DNA of 63,968 nucleotides, counting the filler, from Thraustochytrium aureum (Eukaryota): the NCBI GenBank assembly GCA_012862495.1. It is 9 parts of 6 records of this genome, joined end to end, with 100 filler letters (N's around TTAATTAATTAA, not from the genome) between each part and the next. Parts side by side here need not be neighbours in the genome. Positions count along the whole stretch, not along the records: positions 36,562 to 42,690 come from BLSG01000368.1; positions 42,791 to 52,541 come from BLSG01000368.1; 7 more parts are not named here. One strand, given 5' to 3'. The position numbers were made by a program, and so were the translations under genes. The notes under the pieces are model-generated. The model was given only the letters and a program-made list of their open reading frames with translations. It was not told the DNA's origin and searched no databases. The first letter of the stretch is position 1, and each line of letters opens with the position of its first letter. This document shows, piece by piece, positions 36,803 through 45,379 of the stretch.

Positions 36803-36886
36803 GAGAGCGACGTCAGCGTCGAATTGGTCTCGAGCGCCTCGACCAGCGCGCCAGCCCCTGCATCGCCGATGCTACTGTCCTTAATA
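36803..36886 (-). CDS. 84-nt exon encoding one 28-aa ribonuclease-inhibitor/NLRC3-type LRR
   Basis: CAG|TATTAAG...CTCTC|GTAAGT, exactly 84 nt, phase 2-2; (S)IKDSSIGDAGAGALVEALETNSTLTSL(S). Confidence 0.88.
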
Positions 36887-38322
36887 CTGTTGTTGTTGTT
36901 GTTGTTGTTGTTGTTGTCGTCGTCGTTTGATGATGGCGATGTTCGCACGAGTTGGTCAGCCACCGCCGAGAAACACAGAGCGATACAGCCGCGCAAGCAG
37001 GCTCTGTCTGCATGCATGCAGGCACGAGGCAGGCAAGTGTGCGCTCAAGGCAAGCACGAGCGCACTCCACANNNNNNNNNNNNNNNNNNNNNNNNNNNNN
37101 NNNNNNNNNNNNNNNNNNNNNNNNNNNNNNNNNNNNNNNNNNNNNNNNNNNNNNNNNNNNNNNNNNNNNNNNNNNNNNNNNNNNNNNNNNNNNNNNNNNN
37201 NNNNNNNNNNNNNNNNNNNNNNNNNNNNNNNNNNNNNNNNNNNNNNNNNNNNNNNNNNNNNNNNNNNNNNNNNNNNNNNNNNNNNNNNNNNNNNNNNNNN
37301 NNNNNNNNNNNNNNNNNNNNNNNNNNNNNNNNNNNNNNNNNNNNNNNNNNNNNNNNNNNNNNNNNNNNNNNNNNNNNNNNNNNNNNNNNNNNNNNNNNNN
37401 NNNNNNNNNNNNNNNNNNNNNNNNNNNNNNNNNNNNNNNNNNNNNNNNNNNNNNNNNNNNNNNNNNNNNNNNNNNNNNNNNNNNNNNNNNNNNNNNNNNN
37501 NNNNNNNNNNNNNNNNNNNNNNNNNNNNNNNNNNNNNNNNNNNNNNNNNNNNNNNNNNNNNNNNNNNNNNNNNNNNNNNNNNNNNNNNNNNNNNNNNNNN
37601 NNNNNNNNNNNNNNNNNNNNNNNNNNNNNNNNNNNNNNNNNNNNNNNNNNNNNNNNNNNNNNNNNNNNNNNNNNNNNNNNNNNNNNNNNNNNNNNNNNNN
37701 NNNNNNNNNNNNNNNNNNNNNNNNNNNNNNNNNNNNNNNNNNNNNNNNNNNNNNNNNNNNNNNNNNNNNNNNNNNNNNNNNNNNNNNNNNNNNNNNNNNN
37801 NNNNNNNNNNNNNNNNNNNNNNNNNNNNNNNNNNNNNNNNNNNNNNNNNNNNNNNNNNNNNNNNNNNNNNNNNNNNNNNNNNNNNNNNNNNNNNNNNNNN
37901 NNNNNNNNNNNNNNNNNNNNNNNNNNNNNNNNNNNNNNNNNNNNNNNNNNNACGCACACTCGCCCGCAACGCAGTGCCCTGTGGCGTGCCGCGCCAGCTC
38001 CGTCAGCCAGTCTGGTCTTGCATTGTATCATTCTCAATCATTCTTGAAATCCAAGAAAAAATCGAAGAACTCAATTCAATCAATCAATCAATCAATCAAT
38101 CGATTACGCTGATCAGCCATTTCGCGAACAACGTTCGTGAACAACGTTTGCGAGCAAACGAATAGTTCTTTTATTCGTGAGCAAAGTGTGCTCGCCTTTG
38201 CTTTGTTCGTGATGAGCCGAGCGACGGCGTATCTTGGTGCGGTCCAGACGCGCTTGTCTGCTGCGGCGGGCGCGGGGCAGGACGGCGGTACTTCGCTATA
38301 CCTGGCTTGCTTTGACGGCAGG

Positions 38323-39383
38323 ATGGCAGCAGCGCCGGCTAGGCTCGTGAGGAGCTTGTACAAGAGCCTGTTGCGGGAGCTCGGGTTTGGCCGACGCGCG
38401 GACTGCGCACGGGCTGGGCGAGCCGCGGACGACGGCGTCCTGGTCGTCGACCCGCTCAAGGACGACGTGCACTTTGCGTGCGTCAAGTTCAACGACGCGA
38501 GCCTGAGCAACAGGTGGGCGAACTACCAGTCGACTGTGATTGTCGAGCAAGTGGTGGAGCAATGGGCGGAGGGCGTCCGCTCGGACTGGACGCGGCTTGC
38601 GCCCGGTGGGTGGCCCTCTGCTGTGACGCTCAGGACTGGCGAAGGGTCGACGCGGGCGCCGCGGCCGATCGACCAGCTGTGCGTGCGGAGGAAGGACCTG
38701 GCCAAGTTGGTGAAGATGCACTTTGAAGCGAGCTCCATCAGCCAGAACGACTTGTCGTGGAGCGTTGCCGGTGCGATCAACAACGTGCACGAGCTCTTGC
38801 AGCTGAACGCGACGACGACGGTGTCCGAGTCGCACGGATTCCGTGTCGAGCTGACCACGGTGGGCGAAGGCCAGAGCCTCGAAGGCGAGTTTTGGTTCTC
38901 GTACCGCGTTAGGATCACCAATTTGGACCCCGACTCTGGGGAGCACTTTCGCCTCGTCGGGCGGCATTGGCGGTTCTTCAACGCAGAGGACAAGGAGGAG
39001 GCGCGGGTTGACAAGTTTGCCGAAGGTAAGTCGTTTGGCCGCGAGAGCTTTGGGCTGTATGGCCCGCGCTGACTGGCCGCTGTGCATAATAATCAAGGTG
39101 TGGTTGGGATGCATCCCGAGTTTGGCGAGGACGCGTTTGGGTGCCACACGTTCCAGTACGCGAGCAGGTGCGGGATCTCGACAAGCTCGGGCTGGATGGA
39201 GGGGGCATACTTGTTTGAAAACCTGGGGACTTCGGAGCGGTTCGAGGTTCCCTTGCGCCGAACGATGCTCTGCTCCGCGCAAGAGCTCGAGCTGCGCCGA
39301 GGTGATAGCGACATGGTGAGGCAGTCGCCGCTTCTCATGGCGCTGTTGACGAATCTTGGCGAGGAGAGTGACCCTGATGGCTC

Positions 39384-39422
<39 letters not shown>

Positions 39423-39468
39423 TGATGACGACGACGACAACGGCTCGGGAGGGACCCGACGCCGCTGA
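38323..39468 (+). CDS. ApaG-domain protein with LYR-like N-terminus and poly-Asp tail; intron 39026-39097
   Basis: FSYRVRITN..RLVGRHWRF..AEG|VVGMHP..FQYAS..GWMEGAY; VRSLYKSLLR near the start; alternative ATG at 38212. Confidence 0.85.
39026..39097 (+). other. Spliceosomal intron (72 nt)
   Basis: GTAAGT donor, CTGAC at 39069-39073, AAG acceptor; removal restores the ApaG EGVVG motif. Confidence 0.9.
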
Positions 39469-39581
39469 TGGCTGCCGACGTCGCCAAAAGCAGGCTTAGT
39501 CTGGTCGCCTGCGAAAAGGATTGTGTGTTGCATGCCTGGCGACTTTGCTTCCTTGCACTTTGCGCGAAAAGTTGGCTCGAC

Positions 39582-40156
39582 TTAGTGGCGAACGGGTTGC
39601 TGGCGGGCAACGCGCTGACGCGCGTCCGCCAGCGTGGCAACGAGGTCCTCGAGCTGCTGCTCCGAGCAGGCGAACGCCGTTGGGCCGCAGCTTGTTTCGA
39701 GCTGGACAAGGAAGCGCGGCGCCAGATCCCCGGCGCCGCGCACGTCGTAGTCGAGGCGCCACTTGACGTCGGCGAGCTCCGCGAGCGGCAGCGGCAGCGA
39801 GCTCGCCACCAAGCTACTCGCCAGGATAGCCTGCCCCTCGGCGTCGAGGGCCTCCAGCAGCCGCTCGACAAAGCCAGCCAGCTCGCGGTCCTCGCCCTCC
39901 CGCACGGCCAGGGCCTGCAGCAAGCCCGCCCGCGCCGCCTGGCTGTCGCCGACGGCGCTCAGGTCGAGCAACTCGTGCAAGCCATCTGGAACAGGCCGCG
40001 CACGTCTTGGTCGTCGACGTCGAGCGCCTCGCCCTCGACGTCGCGCGCTGCGCGCACGTCTCGGAGGCGCGCGACGGCCGCCTCAATCACGCGGTCGCGC
40101 CGGGGCTGGCCCACCCGCGCGCAGAGCGCGGCGAGCGCGTCGAGGGTGTCCTCCAT
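39582..40156 (-). CDS. COMMD3: COMM-domain protein, COMMD3-like (frameshift near 39990)
   Basis: LADVKWRLDYDV...PRFLVQL...FACSEQQLEDLVATLADA resembles the COMMD3 C-terminus. Confidence 0.75.
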
Positions 40157-40991
40157 CGTGCCTGACGACGAGGCGGCAGACCCGATTTGCATCCATCCAT
40201 CCAAATCCATCCATTCATCCCCTCCCTGTCTGCGCCTCACTCGGGGCAGCCAGCCCGACCGCGCACGCGGCCCGCACGGCGCGCATCCAGGCGGCAGCCG
40301 CAGCGCCGCCCGTGCTCGCCCTGCTGCCTTGCTCGCNNNNNNNNNNNNNNNNNNNNNNNNNNNNNNNNNNNNNNNNNNNNNNNNNNNNNNNNNNNNNNNN
40401 NNNNNNNNNNNNNNNNNNNNNNNNNNNNNNNNNNNNNNNNNNNNNNNNNNNNNNNNNNNNNNNNNNNNNNNNNNNNNNNNNNNNNNNNNNNNNNNNNNNN
40501 NNNNNNNNNNNNNNNNNNNNNNNNNNNNNNNNNNNNNNNNNNNNNNNNNNNNNNNNNNNNNNNNNNNNNNNNNNNNNNNNNNNNNNNNNNNNNNNNNNNN
40601 NNNNNNNNNNNNNNNNNNNNNNNNNNNNNNNNNNNNNNNNNNNNNNNNNNNNNNNNNNNNNNNNNNNNNNNNNNNNNNNNNNNNNNNNNNNNNNNNNNNN
40701 NNNNNNNNNNNNNNNNNNNNNNNNNNNNNNNNNNNNNNNNNNNNNNNNNNNNNNNNNNNNNNNNNNNNNNNNNNNNNNNNNNNNNNNNNNNNNNNNNNNN
40801 NNNNNNNNNNNNNNNNNNNNNNNNNNNNNNNNNNNNNNNNNNNNNNNNNNNNNNNNNNNNNNNNNNNNNNNNNNNNNNNNNNNNNNNNNNNNNNNNNNNN
40901 NNNNNNNNNNNNNNNNNNNNNNNNNNNNNNNNNNNNNNNNNNNNNNNNNNNNNNNNNNNNNNNNNNNNNNNNNNNNNNNNNNNNNNNNNNN

Positions 40992-42690
40992 NGTGTACCT
41001 GGACGCGGTGTTCTTCCCGCGGCTGGCGGAAGGCGACTTTTTGCAAGAGGGCCACCGGCTCGAGTTGGAGGGCGACAAGCTGGTGCGCACCGGCGTCGTG
41101 TACAACGAGATGAAGGGCGCCTTGGGCAGCGCGGCGAGCCGGTTCCACAACAAGGTGAGCGAGGTGGCGCTGGCGGGGACGCAGTACGCCAAGATCAGCG
41201 GCGGGGACCCGCCCGAGATTGCGGGCCTGAGCCACGCGCGGCTGGTCGAGTTCCACGCGCGGCACTACCACCCGAGCAACGCGCTGTTCTACACGTACGG
41301 CGACCTGCCGCTAGAGGGCCACCTTGCGACGCTGGAGGGAGTGGGCGCTGCAGCGCTTTGCGTTCTCGGCCGAGGCGGCGGCCGTCAAGCAGGCGATGGC
41401 CTCGTCGGCCGTCGACACCGCGGCGCGGCCGGTCGGCACTGTGCACTTTACGGGGCCTCCCGAGCCGATGCTCGAGGACCAGGGCATGTTTGGCTTGACG
41501 TGCGTCCTGGCCGAGCGGGCCCAAGAGCGCCCCTCCGAGTACGAGCGCATGGTGGGCCGAATCGCGTCCAACTTGTTGCTGGACGGGCCGAGCTCGCCTT
41601 TGTACGCGGCGCTGATCGACTCGCAGATCGCGCCCGACTTTGCGCCGGGGACCGGGTACGACTCGAGCACGCTGCACCCGACGTTTGGCGTGGGCGTGCA
41701 GGGCGTCAAGGGCGGGCCGGCCACCGAGGCCCGCGTCACCGAGGCCGTGGTCGAGGCGCTGCGCGAGGTCGTCGAGGGCGAGGGCCTCGACCCGCGGCGC
41801 GTCGAGGCGGTGCTGCACCAAGTGGAGCTCTCGCTCAAGCAGAAACAGACCAACTTTGGGCTGGCAGTGATGCACGCCCTGGCGCAGGCCTTTACGCACG
41901 CCTCGTCGGGCGACGAGGCCGAGCTGCTCGGTGCGCTCAACGAGAGCATCAGCGTGAACGGAAAGATCGAGCGCCTCGTCAGGGAGGCCGCGGCCAACCC
42001 GCGATTTTGGCAGGACCAAGTGGAGCGGCTCTTGCTGAGGCGCGACGCGGAGGGCAAGCTGCGGCTGCGCCAGGACGCGGTAGCGCTTGCCATGGACCCG
42101 GACGAGCGGTTCGTGGCCAAGATGGCCGAGAAGGAGGCCCAGGAGCTCGCTGCCTTGCGCGCCGAGCTGAGCGAGGCCGAGCTGGCTCGCATCGACGCTG
42201 TCGCGCGCGAGCTCGCGGCCAAGCAGGCAGAGGACCAGGACGTCTCGTGCTTGCCGACGCTGCGAATGAGCGACGTGCCGCGCGTGCCGGAGGAGGTCGT
42301 CAGCGTGCGCGACGTGCGGCACGACCGGTCGCTGCTGTGGGTTGAAAACCAGACAACGAACGGGGTCGTTTACGTCCGCAGCATGTTTGACTGCTCGCAC
42401 GTCCCCGACGACCTGCTGCCGCTCCTGTCGCTCTTTGGCTCGGTGCTGGGGAGCGTGGACGCGGGTCCGCACACGTACCAGGACCTCGCGGTGGAGACGG
42501 ATTTGGTCTGCGACGGCATGTCGTTCGCGCCGCGGCTCGTGCCGTGGCTTGGCAAGGACCTTGGCCTCCTGCCCGCCTGCCACGCGCTCCTCGGCTCGGA
42601 CACGAGGGGGCCGTACCGGCAGTGCATGTCGGTCTCGACGATGGCGCTAGCGCGAAACCTGGACGGCGCGCTCGAGCTGCTGGCCCAGGT
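40992..42690 (+). CDS. PITRM1: Presequence protease PreP/Cym1 (M16C), internal fragment; frameshift near 41338
   Basis: VYLDAVFFP, QEGHR, GVVYNEMKG, SGGDP, HYHPSNA, GPSSPLY.ALI, CLPTL..SD, QTTNGVVY. Confidence 0.93.
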
Positions 42691-42790
42691 NNNNNNNNNN
42701 NNNNNNNNNNNNNNNNNNNNNNNNNNNNNNNNNNTTAATTAATTAANNNNNNNNNNNNNNNNNNNNNNNNNNNNNNNNNNNNNNNNNNNN
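42691..42790. other. Artificial scaffold linker
   Basis: 44N-TTAATTAATTAA-44N. Confidence 0.97.
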
Positions 42791-43238
42791 ACCCTTGCGC
42801 TAGCTGCACGGTGGCCGTCCCGTCGGCGTCGCCCGCGACGCTCAGTACGCCGCCGACTATTTTCAGCCCGCTCCCGGTCACCTGGAGCGCGTAGGGCTCG
42901 TTGGCCGTAGGGCCGACTTTAAGCCGGGGCACGGAGAGCGTACCAGTGGCGTCGATCCGTGCGTGCACCTCCTTGCCGAGCGCAAACTGAATCTCTGGCT
43001 CGCCGCCGAGGCCGTCCGGCACGCCAGCGATATGCCCAAACGCCTCCTCGCCGGGTCCGTCCGCGTGCCTCACGAACTGGATCCCTCTCGCAGCCGACCG
43101 TGCCAGCTCCGGCGTCCCGCCAGCTCGAATCATAATAAAGCAGTCGCCTTTATCCGCCGCGCTGCACCAGGCCTCCGCGCCGCGCGCCAGCACGGCGAGC
43201 AGGACCACGACCGCGACGACGTCCAAGTGGGTGGTCAT
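42791..43238 (-). CDS. N-terminal part of an unknown secreted Gly/Val-rich beta-strand protein
   Basis: Signal peptide MTTHLDVVAVVVLLAVLARGAEA, then ARIDATGTLSV..LKVG..YALQVTGSGLKIVGG; truncated at linker. Confidence 0.7.
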
Positions 43239-43267
43239 GGTCCCCAAAAAGATCCCCAAATCCACGC

Positions 43268-43317
43268 GCAGACCAAGCGCAAACCTAGCGCAGACCAAGC
43301 GCAGACCAAGCGCAAGC
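43268..43317. repeat. 11-bp gcagaccaagc tandem repeat upstream of the 43238 start
   Basis: About four copies. Confidence 0.75.
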
Positions 43318-43434
43318 GAGCCTCGATGGAGGCCGGCGCGCCCGCCAACAAGACGCTGGCGCAGCAGCAGCAGCAGAGCAGCAGCGGCAGGACGATCAAG
43401 GTTTGGGAGTTGCGTTGCGTCCCATCACATCGCA

Positions 43435-43677
43435 CGACACCATCAACAAAGAAAATGAATCAGCTGCCACTATCGACACCATCGACAAAGAAAATGAATC
43501 AGCCGCCGCTATCGACACCATCGAGCAAGAAAATGAATCCGCCGCCGCTATCGACACCATCGAGCAAGAAAATACCCAAAGTTACGAAGGCAAGCGACAC
43601 CATCGAGCAAGAAAATACCCAAAGTGAAGAAGGCGATCGAAGGTGGCAACATTGTACGACACCATCGAGCAAGAAAA
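43435..43677. repeat. Minisatellite with about 21-bp core cgacaccatcgagcaagaaaa, six copies
   Basis: Cores start at 43435, 43474, 43513, 43552, 43595, 43657; periods 39, 39, 39, 43, 62. Confidence 0.9.
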
Positions 43678-43830
43678 CCCGAGTCTATGAATGAACTTGG
43701 CGCGTCCAAGACCATCTCGATGCCTGGCAGACCCGCATCGGCGCTGATCAGAGCAAGTCGCAGCGTCGCGCGCGCGGCTTGGCGAACGGCCCAACCCGAC
43801 TCTGCTCCACTTTCGGCGGCCTTTGCTCGG

Positions 43831-44358
43831 ATGGCGGCGCTCTGCCGGAGGGCGTTCGTGGCGGGCGCCGTGCTCCTCGGTGCTGCGAAGGTGGCGCTAG
43901 AAGCTCCTTGCGCAGACCAGACGGTGCGCGGGCACACGAGCGAGATTCTGACGGTGGAGTGCGATACGTTCTGCCTGGTCGGGTACTCGAAGAACACGTT
44001 CTTGCACCTGTTTGAAAGGATCGGGTTTGAGGTGTGCCAGTCGGTGGGGTGCGCCAAGGTGGATGAGAATGGCACGTTTGTCAACGATGTGGGCAAGCGG
44101 CTCGGCATGGCCGCGCAAGGCGAGATCAGCGTGTTTCGGTGCGACGAGAGCTCGTTCCGCAAGTTTCCAGGCGCGCTGCAGGCCAACCGCACAAACGGCA
44201 AGCCCTGCAACTGGTACAATCCCAACTCGATGACCGGCGACGTGGACAAGGCACTCCAGGTCTGCACCGGGCTACCCAAGGCCGGCAGACACGTTCCACA
44301 AAGTGCCGTGGGCCATCGAGCACCTCTGGCTGACCGTTGGCCTTGTCGGCGGGGCGGT
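43831..44358 (+). CDS. Secreted Cys-rich protein of unknown function (3' end may be in gap)
   Basis: Signal-like MAALCRRAFVAGAVLLGAAKVALEA, about eight Cys in the mature part, NGT and NRT sequons. Confidence 0.7.
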
Positions 44359-45379
44359 NNNNNNNNNNNNNNNNNNNNNNNNNNNNNNNNNNNNNNNNNN
44401 NNNNNNNNNNNNNNNNNNNNNNNNNNNNNNNNNNNNNNNNNNNNNNNNNNNNNNNNNNNNNNNNNNNNNNNNNNNNNNNNNNNNNNNNNNNNNNNNNNNN
44501 NNNNNNNNNNNNNNNNNNNNNNNNNNNNNNNNNNNNNNNNNNNNNNNNNNNNNNNNNNNNNNNNNNNNNNNNNNNNNNNNNNNNNNNNNNNNNNNNNNNN
44601 NNNNNNNNNNNNNNNNNNNNNNNNNNNNNNNNNNNNNNNNNNNNNNNNNNNNNNNNNNNNNNNNNNNNNNNNNNNNNNNNNNNNNNNNNNNNNNNNNNNN
44701 NNNNNNNNNNNNNNNNNNNNNNNNNNNNNNNNNNNNNNNNNNNNNNNNNNNNNNNNNNNNNNNNNNNNNNNNNNNNNNNNNNNNNNNNNNNNNNNNNNNN
44801 NNNNNNNNNNNNNNNNNNNNNNNNNNNNNNNNNNNNNNNNNNNNNNNNNNNNNNNNNNNNNNNNNNNNNNNNNNNNNNNNNNNNNNNNNNNNNNNNNNNN
44901 NNNNNNNNNNNNNNNNNNNNNNNNNNNNNNNNNNNNNNNNNNNNNNNNNNNNNNNNNNNNNNNNNNNNNNNNNNNNNNNNNNNNNNNNNNNNNNNNNNNN
45001 NNNNNNNNNNNNNNNNNNNNNNNNNNNNNNNNNNNNNNNNNNNNNNNNNNNNNNNNNNNNNNNNNNNNNNNNNNNNNNNNNNNNNNNNNNNNNNNNNNNN
45101 NNNNNNNNNNNNNNNNNNNNNNNNNNNNNNNNNNNNNNNNNNNNNNNNNNNNNNNNNNNNNNNNNNNNNNNNNNNNNNNNNNNNNNNNNNNNNNNNNNNN
45201 NNNNNNNNNNNNNNNNNNNNNNNNNNNNNNNNNNNNNNNNNNNNNNNNNNNNNNNNNNNNNNNNNNNNNNNNNNNNNNNNNNNNNNNNNNNNNNNNNNNN
45301 NNNNNNNNNNNNNNNNNNNNNNNNNNNNNNNNNNNNNNNNNNNNNNNNNNNNNNNNNNGCTCATCTACTTTCGGTTGGG

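Larger units (their letters stand above)
36562..37071 (-). repeat. Tandemly duplicated exon+intron cassette (about 295-bp period) with (AAC)n before the acceptor
   Basis: Intron 36592-36802 aligns by eye with 36887-37071. Confidence 0.85.

Noticed and set aside
43435..43677. CRISPR array
   Set aside because: Spacers are homologous to each other and uneven in length, there are no cas genes, and the context is eukaryotic.
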